NCBI GenBank assembly: GCA_047495785.1 | Contig: JBLDXI010000073.1 | Coordinates: forward strand, 310,001 to 374,000 | Length of the DNA: 64,000 nt | From: Lepidodermella squamata | Lineage: Eukaryota > Animalia > Gastrotricha | Reading direction: 5' to 3' | Shown: in pieces, positions 25,086 to 36,435 of the stretch | Layout: every line of letters begins with the position of its first letter | Numbering within the stretch: position 1 is the stretch's first letter | Program-made: the position numbers and the translations under genes | The notes under the pieces: model-generated | What the model was told of the DNA's origin: nothing | What the model saw: the letters and a program-made list of their open reading frames with translations, nothing else | Database searches by the model: none

Positions 25086-26904
25086 TTAATTTTGAGTCAA
25101 GGCTTTGTGAATTTCAGACTTTTTCGATACTAGTCCAGATATCAATCTGAAGGCTGAGATGTAGTCATTTCGGCTTGCATCAAAGTCATTTTGAGCTCCA
25201 TTCTGCAACAAAAACGCCACGATTTCTTCCTTGTCGCCGAGAGCCGCCAAATTCAGAGCGCTATACCCACCTTGGCATCGATCGTTGATTTCTACATGGC
25301 CGTTTTTCAGCAGAGAACGAACTGTATCGAGATGGCCGTTGTAAGCTGCGATCATCAGAGGTGTAAACTTGTAGTCATTTGTTAAATCTTCGTTAGGATC
25401 ACTGCCAAGTTGCAGAAGCAGCTCAACGATTTCAGTCTTACCTAGAAAAAAAGGAAAAAATAATTCCAGATAAGTTTCAAGATTTCGAGAACTATGCGAC
25501 AAAACAGCAACTTGGCAGAACAGCAAATGCGACAAAACAGCAAATTGTTTTTCATTTCTCGACGAATCAACGAAAACTTGTAAGAGCACCGTGCAGTGCG
25601 CGAAGTAGCGGGAAGACTGGGAGTACGGTACTCCCAGTTCGAAAGGTCTCGGCAAGAAAACCCGAAAAAAACCACAGGGGGGACCCTTTGGTCTGCAATT
25701 TCGGGCCAGATAATGCCTGAAAGTACCCCCAACTCGAGCATCCTACTTCGCGCACTGGCACCGTGTTTCTGCTGTTATGTCGCAAGTTGGAAAATCTGCT
25801 GTTTTGTCGCGTTTTGCTGTTTTGGGTATTTGCTGATGTGACGGTGGATATTTTTCCAATTTCATGGGATGTTTTCAGAATATTTTAACATTCCTCATTT
25901 TACAGAATTCTATAAAACCTTTTGAAAAATTACATGAAATTCAAAACAGAGTTTTCGCAATTGTTGAACATTTTCGCTGAATTTTTAGTCGCAAGATTTT
26001 TTATTTTTGTCTTACCCTTTGAAGCCGCATGTGTTAGAGCTGTCCAACCATTCGAGTCCTTTGTATTGATAGCCGCATCCTTCTGAACCAAAAGCCGTAA
26101 GGTCTCTGCATCGCCATGCCTCGCCGCCATTATTAAGGCGGTCTTGCGACTATCGTCCAGCCTTGCATTCACATGCGCCCCTTTCTCTATCAAAAGCCCT
26201 GCAATCCTGGATTGATTATACTTAACAGCTGCTAATAACGGCGTCCAGCCACCCTGGCCTTGAAAATTCACGCACGCCCCACATTGATCGATAAGATACT
26301 CAGCGATTTGCAATTTCCCATGACGGGCGGCGAACATCAAAGGCGACCAGCCATTTTTCGAATCTCCAGCATTAAAATCCGCCCCTTTATCGACCAAATC
26401 CGTAGCCGCATTGAAATCACCACGGCAGCAAGCTTCGATCAATTGCGGGGTCAAACTCGCGTCTTTCACATGATTTCTCAATCGATTCGCCTCGATTAGG
26501 ACGATATCTTCAGGATTCCGGCCAAGTAAATCTCGAACCTCGATGATATTGATAGGCTGCGTACAGGCCGGGCATTGAAATTCGTAACGGCCGTCGGCGA
26601 TTTCGAGCTTCAAATAGCTTTTAATGCAAGAACGGCATGCTCGGTGCTTGCAGGCGACGTTCGTCACGAAAAGTGTTTCGAGGGGCTTGTTCAAGGCCCA
26701 GCAGATGCAGCAGTAGCCTGTTTGGGAGGCAGATAACGGCGGCGTGAAGCTTTCGTCGTCGTATTCCGAATCGGATAGATCGCTCGGCCTTCGAAGGCTG
26801 TCGCTCGAAACCGATGAAGAGCAACTTCCGCCTGATCCATGGTAACGCATCGGCTTCTCAGAGCCAGATGACGCTAATTCGTCCTCGTTCTGCCCGGACT
26901 CCAT
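25086..26904 (-). CDS. RING (RBR RING1-like C3HC4) + ankyrin-repeat protein; exons 26904-26016, 25441-25086
   Basis: CCIC..CKHRACRSCIKSYLKLEIADGRYEFQCPAC followed by ~7 ANK; a phase-1 intron joins HAASKG|KTEIVELLL in frame. Confidence 0.85.
25594..25757. mobile_element. hAT-type MITE (164 bp)
   Basis: TIR CAGTGCGCGAAGTAG; 8-bp TSD GCACCGTG; empty site present in the duplicate at ~9799-9806. Confidence 0.92.
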
Positions 26905-27443
26905 TATTCAGCTGTAAAATGGTTTGAAAATTGTTCTGAATAGCTATCTCGCTAATGTGAGTAGACACTATTGAGATCAATGGGAATCACGGTTCAATGA
27001 GCGTCAAGTGGCAAGCGAGTTTTTGTGCTACGTGTGAATAGCTGCTGGGCTGTAAGAAAAACAACACGCTTTGCACTTCAGAGGCGCTTGCACCTGTTTT
27101 TTATGGTTAATCAATAGATTCACCGTGATTGCTTGCTGTGGTGCGAGGTTCTGACGATCAATGGATCTGGGAAATTATAATTAATCATTCATAACAATCG
27201 AACTTCGAATTAAATCAGTTCTATTATATTTCTTTTTGAAGCAAAAGTTTGGCATACATTCATTTTTCACTCAAATTGGATGCAGCTTGAAGGATGAATA
27301 TTTCACTGGGAATCTTTTGAGTTTTAATTTTCCCTTCGTCCATTTCGAGATCTGTTCAATCGCCGATTTTTGTTATAACAACATATTTACTTAATCAAAA
27401 ATTATAAATCAGATTAAGATGACAAAGGAATAATATATCGAAG

Positions 27444-28999
27444 CTAGTAGGGCATTGTCATTGGTCGCATATATTGAGGTTTCGTCGACTCATCCAACAT
27501 TTTCTGAATCAGAACGCCATCGGCAACAGCTGAGCACACTACGGCGAGAATCCCTATAGCCAAGTCCATTATATCGATAACGCGTGTGCTCATTTTCCCA
27601 AGTTGCAAGATTGTTCGATCGAAGCAACTCGACTTGGCCAATCGAAGTGCTACCATGGTGTACAGAGTTAGAAATGCTGCGATGCCGAGTTTCACTTCAA
27701 CTAAGATTGCAAGGTAAATCGGCTCAGATGTCTTTGGAATCACCCCATATGTCATGCTTCGGATGAAGAGAAACGCGAGGATGACTACAATGTTGAAAAC
27801 AGGACGGTATGCAATTATAGCGGGCATTATCAGGCTTAGAAGTTGGAGCACTGCCAAGATATAGCAAGGCACAAGTACTTGCTGGAGAATGGGACCGGGC
27901 TTGCGCTTGAAGGTCAGGGGAATTCGGCATTCTCCGTAGCATGAAATGCTGCCTTCCTTGTATGTCCATTCAATATTTGGATCTTCCAGACGTTGCTCGA
28001 ATGCGATTGTCGTTTTGTCGCTGCGCATTAGCAAGTCTACCCCGTATAGTATAATAGTGCAGTCGAATGTATCGAAGGGAAACCTTGAAATTTCCAAATT
28101 ATTTGTCATTTCTTCGCACTGAGATTCCAATTTGACTGAAGCTGCCCATGACGAAATGCCAGAGAACATGTTGATTTTAACCGAGGACTCTATTATTGAC
28201 CTGAAAATAGGATAAATTCATCTTTATGCCTTGAAAGCAGAAAAACAGACTAGTTGATGGTTTGGGATTAAGAGGTTGGGGTTGGGGGTAGGTTTAGGGT
28301 TAAGGTTAGGATTGAGGTTAGGATTGAGGGTGAAGTTAGGGTTAGGGTTAGGGTTAGGGTTAGGGTTAGGGTTGAGGTTGAGGGCAAGGTTGCAGCTGGG
28401 GATAGGGCTAGAGCTAGGGATTATGGTTAGGGTTAAGGATAGGGTTAGGGATGGCAGTAGGATTATAACGTTAGGGCTATATTTCATGATTGGATGAATT
28501 TTTCAGTTTTTATCTCCCTAAATTTTTCGCGAACTTACTCTATGACAGCCGCCTTATTAGATACAGCATTCGAGTGGAGTACGCGTGGGTGCCAAACATC
28601 TCCGATGGGCGCATCCATGAAGAAATTACCATAGCGCTTCCATTCGCAGCCGGTCGTGATGTTGGCAGCCGCAAGATTTTTGCAGAATGCCGCCAAATCA
28701 CACGGCCAGCCCCAGTGAACGTTCATTTCAGCGGTGAGTGATATCGACTGGCTGTTTGTGTCGATCTCGAGGGGTTTTCTCAACTTCAAGTCTACCTTGA
28801 CTTCCATCAGCGATTCCACCATCGGGTCTTTTTTGGCGCTGATCAGAATGTTCGGCAGCCATTTGTAAAAGGCAAAGTGACAGGAATAGCGGAAAACTTC
28901 GTGGATTACAGCTAAATCGTTGTATTTCAATTCAGCGGGGAATACAGGTGAAATTGCTATGACGAAGAGAGCCGCAATCGAAGCTGTTGGACATTTCAT
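27444..28999 (-). CDS. divergent pentameric ligand-gated (Cys-loop) ion channel subunit; exons 28999-28539, 28200-27444
   Basis: Signal peptide, VWHPRVLHSN (loop A WxP), C..RFPFDTFDC, EW, FKRKP pre-M1, M1 VPCY, M2-M3 PKTS, four TM helices; phase-2 intron in frame. Confidence 0.88.
28277..28480 (+). repeat. degenerate interstitial (TTAGGG)n-like tract, intronic
   Basis: Perfect TTAGGG units at ~28336-28371 flanked by variants. Confidence 0.85.
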
Positions 29000-30104
29000 T
29001 TTCAGATCTGATCACTTTTCCTACTTTAATCTTAAAATATTGAAACCTATGATGATAGGTGTTTGAAAAGCTAGTCGAGTCGAAACAGTTCTGCGGAAAA
29101 TAATAAGCTACCTGTTCTCAGTAAATACAGCGAGGAGTCAGCTCGGCGGGGGTTTTCATTTCCGTTCAAATAATCCCTCGAGCGCAAACGCAACATGTTC
29201 GATTGTTATCTAAAATATTGGAAATCTCAGGAAATGAGCACCTGTTCGTTGCTCAGTTTTCCATTTTCCCCGTTCATTTTCACATAGCCGCTTTCGCCTT
29301 GAATGAGAGATCGACGGTGTTTGCTTGAAAATCGGCGTTAAAAGCATAAATATCAAAGTGTTTATCTATTGAGTGTTGAGTGAGCATCGACAGCCAAAGC
29401 GTGGGTTGGATAGAATCATATAAAATCTGCAGTTCTAACATTTTGTTCAGTCGATTGCAATGAAACCTAGTCGTTCCTGGCGCGGAAGAACCCGCACTTT
29501 TTTGCATTGTACTGATGATGAAACCATCAGAGTACGAAATTCACTGATTTGCACAAGCAAGTATGCAGAAAGTGAACGCACACAACGCAGGTAAATATAT
29601 GTTATTTTGGGAATCTGGAGCTTCTGATTCCAAAAATCACTAATCGATAATAGACTCGAATTCAGAAAAGCGATAAGATTCAAAATCCCCGCACCTCACT
29701 TGACTGATGGTGAGAATGGTGTTACTGTGTTACCACCTGGGCTCCGCTGGACTCCTCACTCAACGCACCATCCATCATCCATCATCATCCCCGACAACGA
29801 ACCGACAAATAACGCAGCCCTGGATCATCAGATTGCACTATATTTGATGTCATTGCCTACGTCGAAGCATGGTGAGCCGACGAAATTATACATGACTCAT
29901 GAGATGCGAGCCCGACAGAAAGCCCTCGTCGTTCTTTGTCAGTTAAAAATCGCTGACAGCCTCTCAAATATAAATTTTACAGATTTGTTCCGCTAGGGAA
30001 GCACACAAGAAAAGGGCCAAAAGAGAAAAAAACACTCATAAAACCGATTTTATTAAATATCACAAAAAATTGCTCTCGAGGCCAATATCCATCGTGACAT
30101 CAAT

Positions 30105-30266
30105 CGTGATATATGGTGTAACAAGGGAAACCTTGACGTTTCCTATCCATTTTTCATTTCTCCGCACTGAATTTTCATTTTGGCCGTAGCGGGCTACCCA
30201 CGACGAAATGCTGAAAGGTATGTCTATTTTACAGAGTCTCTTGGACTCTTTTATCGACCTTCGACC
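30105..30266 (-). pseudogene. short relic of the Cys-loop channel exon 2
   Basis: CCCATTTCAG acceptor, then SIKES..VKID..SISSW..IQCGEMKN..SRFP with frameshifts. Confidence 0.65.
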
Positions 30267-30438
30267 TGAAATGGGAAAAAATTCAGATTAATGCCTCGAA
30301 ACCAGAAAGTGAAAAAGTTGGGGTTATAGTTAGGGTCAAGGTTATAGGCCATGGTTAGATCTGGACTCACTAGGAAAAATCAGCTAACTCAGGTTAGCCA
30401 AAGCCAGCTAAAAAGTGATTGTGTGTGTGATTCCTCAG

Positions 30439-33400
30439 TCAGCAGGATGACTTTGCTCCAATTGCTCCTCGCGACCTCAGCAAATTGTCCACAGTGCTTC
30501 CGCAATTCGCAAAATCAAGAGCTGTCTCGCCGTCTAAATTTTTGACATCCTTATTCGCACCTCTATCTAACAAAAGTCGAACTACTTCGACGTGCCCAAA
30601 CCGTGCCGCATGCATCAACGCCGTTGTGCCATCGTTATCACTGGCCTCGATGTTAGCGCTGCGATCTAACAAAAGTCGAACTACGTCAACTTGCCCATAC
30701 TTAGCCGCCCACATCAACGCCGTCCAGCCATCGTTATTCTTGGCTCCGATTGCAGCTTTGCGATCCAGCAACATCCGAGATACCTCGACTTGACCATACG
30801 CAGCCCCGTGCATCAACGCCGTCCAGCCATTGGCATCCTTGGCGTCGATGGCAGAGTTGCGATCCAGCAACAGTCGAACTGCTTCGAGTTGCCCACTCTT
30901 AGCCGCCCACATCAACGCTGTCATGCCATAAAGAGCCTTTACGTCGATGGAAGCGTTGCGATCCAGCAACAGTCGAGCCACTTCGACTTGCCCATATGCA
31001 GCCGCATGCATTAACGCAGTCATGCCATCGTTATCCTTGGCGTCGATGCTAGCGTTGCGATCCAGCAACAGTCGAACTACGTCGATGTACCCATACGCAG
31101 CCGAATACATCAATGCCGTCCTGCTATTGCCATCTTCTCTGTAATTCACATCAGCTCCTCGTTCAATGAACAACTTTGCAATTTGCAGTCGCTGGTCTGA
31201 TTGCGTCCGAATGCAAGTGACGCTGTGCAGTAGGGTTCCATTTTTCATATGATAGTTCGTACAGGATAATTGCTTTGAGTTGCGCCAGTTCGGGTCGAAT
31301 TTGCCGCCGGTTGATTCGTCAATCTCCGCAACGAGTTGCCGCACCTGCGCCAGATCGTCCGTGTTAGCTGTTACATTCCACAACTGCTCGTACACTACAC
31401 GGACCTAAATGCAAGAACAGACAGACAGCTCAGATTCAGCTACATATACAGTAGAAGCTCTATAATCCGGACACCATCGGTCGCGGAAAAGCGTGTTCAG
31501 AGAGCGAAGTACCGTTAGGAATGGTAGGGATCATCCCTAACAGTCACGTTGGTCCGTACAGTGAGCTCATTCTCAGAGGGGGGACCCTTCTGTCAATTGT
31601 TCAAGTCCCTAGTCCCTACCAATTTCGCTCAGCCTAACCAACCAGCCCATCTCACCAGGCCCCTGAACCGCCCATCATCGTGAGATCCCAACTAAGCCAT
31701 TCTCGAAAATGTTCCCAAATTTTGAGCAGTGGCAACTAGAATTTCGTTAGAAATTTCAGTAACCACTCGGCCCGTCTTAAAACTGCAATTTCATTCAAAA
31801 TCGCAATTTCCCATTGTAGTTCCGTTTCAGCCCGCCGAAGGTTTTGGTTTTGTTTCTTGTTTCAACTACGTTTCGATTTTGTGGGGAATGATCTTTCAAG
31901 AAAATTTACAGGTCTTCGCTGCCTCGAGACGCAAAGACCAGGTTGAGACCAGGTTGCGTTCGAGAGGCACGTTATCGCAGTGTTGCCTTGAATCTGAAAT
32001 TTCAGATTGCACGATATGCTTCGGTTTGCTCCGAAGATTGACAGACCAGAAGATATGTTACCGTTTTGAATCGTGGGAACGGGACCGCAGCCTTAACAAC
32101 ACGTATTACAGAAAATAAGAGGCGTATAGGAGATGCTTTGAATCCTTACCTACCATTAATTACCGAAGGGGAGCACCTTCCATTTATTACCGGTCGAAAT
32201 GGAGGTAGACAAGTGGCAAAATTGACAGGGTTGGAATATGTATAACCAGGGTTGCATTTAACGCTAACAGCCCCTCCTCTTTCCACTGCAGTTCCAGGCT
32301 TTAAAACTTCGCCAGTATCTTCCGAAGTTTCTGGATCCACACGAGTCACAAATCCCGCAGATACGTTAGGCACTGGGCAAGACTGCTCTAGCGTACTTCT
32401 ACTGTCAGAGACTACTAGTGTCTGGCTGCGAACATCAGTGTTCTCCGAAATCCAATCGAGAACTTTGCAGACTCTGCTGTAGATACCAGGAGTGTATCCC
32501 TTGCATGACGCGTCGCCATTAGATATTATGCCGAGAATGTAAGTCTTCCCGGATTGCAAGCACATGAGAGGGCCTCCGGAATCCCCGTAGCAGACGTCGC
32601 TATCATAGGCGGCTAAACACATCTTCGAGTCAGTGATAGTGACCGGATCTGAGCGACCGCGGGAATACTCCAGCGAGCAATTTCGGTAGGATCGAACTTG
32701 AAGATCCAGCTTTCTCGGGATATCAGATAGTCTGGCTAAAATAGGAGGAAGCGATAAGGAAGGTAGAGGGCTGTGACTATGTTAAATTTCGGAACATACT
32801 GTATGCAAAGTGACCCCAGCCAGCCGCCACCGCTGAATCACATCCGTCGATCGAATTGGCGGTGATAGGGTTGGCTCGGCACATTGTAGCCGCGTCGGGT
32901 AGACAAATCGGTTTGATCTGCTGTGAGAATCTGGAAACTGGGGTCGTCAGTCGCAAGAGAGCGAAATCAAAGTCGTAGAAGTTCTGACTCCCGTTGTACA
33001 GCGGATGGACCAAAGCAGGCAGCGACACTACAGACTCGTAAGAGCCCGCCTCAGACCTCAAACTGATATTATGGCGACCTAGCATCGCTTTGATACTGTA
33101 AAAAGGACAAATATACATGCAATTTAGTCAGGTAAATTTGCAGTTCTACGTACAAAATGGGGGTCTCTCCGGTATTCCAAACGCAATGAGCAGCTGTGAT
33201 GAGCCATTGCTTCGAGATGAGGGAAGCTCCGCAGTAAGAAGCTGACGATTCGCCGCTTTTGTATATCTCAAGGAAGACCTAAGCGACAAACATCCTGTTT
33301 TCGTTGAATTACATTAACATGGAAGTGAAACAGACCAGCCACGGGTATTCGTTGGGTCCTGCTGGCTGGCTGCCTGGGCCCCGTGATTTCGCTGTAGGGT

Positions 33401-33491
33401 TCACAACACCGCATTCGAAATTATCCTGCGCAACGACTACTCCGCATACCAGTACAAAGAAGGCGATTACTGAAGCTGTTTCGTGATGCAT
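30439..33491 (-). CDS. secreted S1 serine protease - CCP - CCP - ankyrin-repeat fusion; exons 33491-33336, 33278-33154, 33095-32800, 32735-32154, 32091-31910, 31404-30439 (~768 aa)
   Basis: Signal peptide; TAAHC, DFALL, DVCYGDSGGP; CCP1 CPVP..KCNPGY..TC..RC; CCP2 CGPVPTIQNG..ISC..TC..WSQPGLC; ~8 ANK; all five GT-AG introns are phase-compatible with no stops. Confidence 0.88.
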
Positions 33492-34156
33492 TTTGAACAT
33501 TTTTCAAGAAAAGCATCTACTAACAAAGGCTTCATAGAACCTTCTTCGTATGTGCGTAAACGTGCAGCTTTCGTATACCTACGTATAACGTTTTTGTGTA
33601 TATTTCTCTGTTTGTCATAGTGATGAGATACATCTAACGCAAAATTCAAAGCCCGTGTTGGTAATACTCAGCGAAGAAAAATCTGAGGCTAGGTTTGAAA
33701 CATCCGGTTAAAATACCAGAACTTGAAAACCTGAAGGTAAGAAAATATGACAATTGTCGACACAGCTTCCTTTGTCTGTTTTTATTTATGCACTTAGACT
33801 TAGAAAATTCACACCATCAAACACGTCTGCAGTGAAACCCCGATTCCCCATCCTCTTCGGTGTCATGAAAGTCGAAAGCACCTACCAGCTCGAAAACTGT
33901 CAAATCATACTAATGCTAGACTTTTACCCTTGAACCTAAAAGCAAATTACGATCTGTAGGATCAACACAGCCGAACTTCATTCATTATTACGTTAGGCTC
34001 TTAAAAGTACGCCTGAATGGGTCATCAAAGTGGTTTTTTGGCGCTTCGCTAAGGCTCATCACAGGAGTTTAAGGAGTTTAAGGTTTCAGGTGGAGCGATA
34101 AAGGCTCACGCAGCAGGTATTATCTATCGCAGTTGGGTTAAATCACGAATCATGAA

Positions 34157-34935
34157 TCAACATTTTTTTACATCGTTCCAAAGTATTCGCGCTGAAATAT
34201 AGGTTTCGTCGACTCGTCCAACATTTTCTGAAACAGAACGCAGAACGCCGTCAGAAGCTGCTGAACACACGACGGCGAGAACCACTATTGCCAAATCCAT
34301 TATATCGATAACGCGCGTGCTCATTTTCCCAAGTTGAAAGATTGTTCGATCGAAGCAGCTCGACTTTGCCAATCGAAGTGCTACCATGGTGTACAGAGTT
34401 AGAAAAGCTGCGATGCCGAGTTTCACATCAACCAAGATCGCAAGGTAAATCGGCTCAGATGTCTTTATGGAATCGCCTCATACATCACGCCTCGGATGAA
34501 GAGAAGCGCAAGGAGGATAACAATGTTGAAAACAGGACGGTATGCATTTGTAGCAGGCATTATCAGGCTCAGGAGTTGAAGCACTGTTAAAATATAGCAA
34601 GGCATAAGTACTTGCTGGAGAATGGGGCCGGGCTTGCGCTTGAAGCTTAGCGGCATTTCGCACTGTCCGGAGCCTGCAATGACGCCTTGTTTGTATGTCC
34701 ATTCACTATTTGCATCTTGGTCGCGTTGCTCGAATGCGATTTTAGTCTCGTCTGGACGGAGGTCGAGATCTACTCCGCTTAGTATATAATAGTGCAGTCG
34801 AATGTATCGAAGGGAAACCGTGGAATGTCGACTTTATTTGACATTTCTTCTCATTGAGTTTCCAATTTAATCGTAGCTGCCCATGACGAAATGCCGGAAA
34901 ACATGTCGATTTTGACCTTGGACTGTTTTATCGTC
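34157..34935 (-). pseudogene. Cys-loop channel exon-2 pseudogene
   Basis: Paralogous to 28200-27444; the first Cys-loop Cys codon is TGA; several frameshifts; no exon 1 upstream. Confidence 0.88.
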
Positions 34936-35259
34936 CTGAAATGGGATAAACGATCATTAAACGATCATTTCGCGAACAATTTGATAGTGAGCAACAGAGT
35001 ATTTTCATAGTTGTCTGGTGTCTGTTTGTTTTAAATTCTGGGAAAAACCCTGAACCCTACGGAAAACATGCTTGTAAATCCTAATTTTGAATCAGTTGAA
35101 GAAGTTGAAGATTTCAACTGATTCAGAATTAGGAAGAAATTGAAAGGAAAAAAGTCATTTGCGCGTGGTAAACATTTAGGAATAGAAAGAAGACAAATCT
35201 GCATGATTTCAGTCAACAGTTCAGCTAGGTTCATTTTTTTACGTCAGGCATAATTTCAG

Positions 35260-36435
35260 TCAACAGGATGACTTTGCTCGTCTTGCTCCTCGCGCCCTCA
35301 GCAAGTCGGCCGCGGCGGTTTTATTCCAGCAAATTGCGATATCGAGAGCTGTCTTGCCGTCTGAATCTCTAGCATCCTTATTTGCACTTCTATCCAGCAA
35401 CAGTCGAACTGCTTCGACTTCCCCATACTTAGCTGCAATCATCAGCGCTGTCTCGTCATTTTTATTCTTGGCCTCGATGGCAGCTTTGCGATCCAGTAAC
35501 ATTTGAATTGCTTCCAAATGCCCAAGCCTTGCTGCCCACATCAACGCCGTCTCGCCATTGTTATCCTTGGCCTCGATGTCAGCCCTGCGATCCAGCAACA
35601 GTCGAACTACGTCAACTTGCCCATTCCGAGCCGCATAAATCAACGCCGTCACGCCACTGTTATCCTTGGCCTCGATGGTGGCATTGCGATCCAGCAACAG
35701 GCGAACTGCTTCTTGCCCGTACACAGCTGAATACATCAACGCCGTCCAGCCATTGTCATCTTTGACGTCAATGGTAGCGTTGTGATCCAGTAACATTCGA
35801 ACAGATTCGACGCGCCCTCCCTTAGCCACAATCATCAACGTCGTCAAGCCACCGTTTACCTTGGCCTCGACGTCAGCATTGCGATCCAGCAACAGTCGAA
35901 CTACTTCTTCTGCTCCATACAGAGCTGCATATAGCAACGCCGTCATTCCATAATGAGTTTTGGCCTCGATGAAAGCTTTGCGATCCAGCAGCAGTCGAAC
36001 TAATTCGACGTGCCCAGAAACAGCCGCAAACATCAACGCCGTTGTGCCATCGTTATCCTTGGCCTCGATTGCAGCGTTGCGATCCAGCAACATGCGAGCC
36101 AATTCATTCTGCCTATTCCCTGCCGCATACGTCAATGCGGTTAAGCCATTGTAATCTTCCCTGTAATTCACATCAGCTCCACGGTCCATGTACAGCTGAG
36201 CAATTTGCACTCGCTGGTCTGATTGTGTCTGATTGCACATAACACGGTACAGCAGGGTGCCATTTTTCATTTTCTCATACGCAAGCACAGCACAGTTGAC
36301 CTTATTAGGGTTGCGCCAATTCGGGTCGAATTTGCCGCCAGTGGATTCGTCGATCTCTGCAACGAGTTGCCGCACCTGCGCCACGTCGTCCGTCAAGGCT
36401 GAAACATTCCACAGCTGGTCGTACACTTCAAGAAC
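35260..36435 (-). CDS. intact orphan ankyrin exon (~10 repeats) of the protease-ANK family
   Basis: Phase-0 acceptor CACTTAG|GTT CTT GAA GTG (VLEVYDQLWN), open to AKSSC*; I found no upstream exon of its own in 36440-38420. Confidence 0.7.
   Translation of the reverse strand, partial: VLEVYDQLWNVSALTDDVAQVRQLVAEIDESTGGKFDPNWRNPNKVNCAVLAYEKMKNGTLLYRVMCNQTQSDQRVQIAQLYMDRGADVNYREDYNGLTALTYAAGNRQNELARMLLDRNAAIEAKDNDGTTALMFAAVSGHVELVRLLLDRKAFIEAKTHYGMTALLYAALYGAEEVVRLLLDRNADVEAKVNGGLTTLMIVAKGGRVESVRMLLDHNATIDVKDDNGWTALMYSAVYGQEAVRLLLDRNATIEAKDNSGVTALIYAARNGQVDVVRLLLDRRADIEAKDNNGETALMWAARLGHLEAIQMLLDRKAAIEAKNKNDETALMIAAKYGEVEAVRLLLDRSANKDARDSDGKTALDIAICWNKTAAADLLRARGARRAKSSC

Noticed and set aside
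28224-28497. (NP)n and (LG)n ORFs; a true telomere
   Set aside because: Translations of an intronic degenerate TTAGGG tract; interstitial and short.
29700-29996. 98-aa ORF between the channel and protease-ANK genes
   Set aside because: TTG start, and no recognisable domain or splice context.
31910-31924. Furin site RQRR between CCP2 and ANK
   Set aside because: It is followed by Pro at P1', which disfavours cleavage, and the paralogue has RQQR; not supportable.
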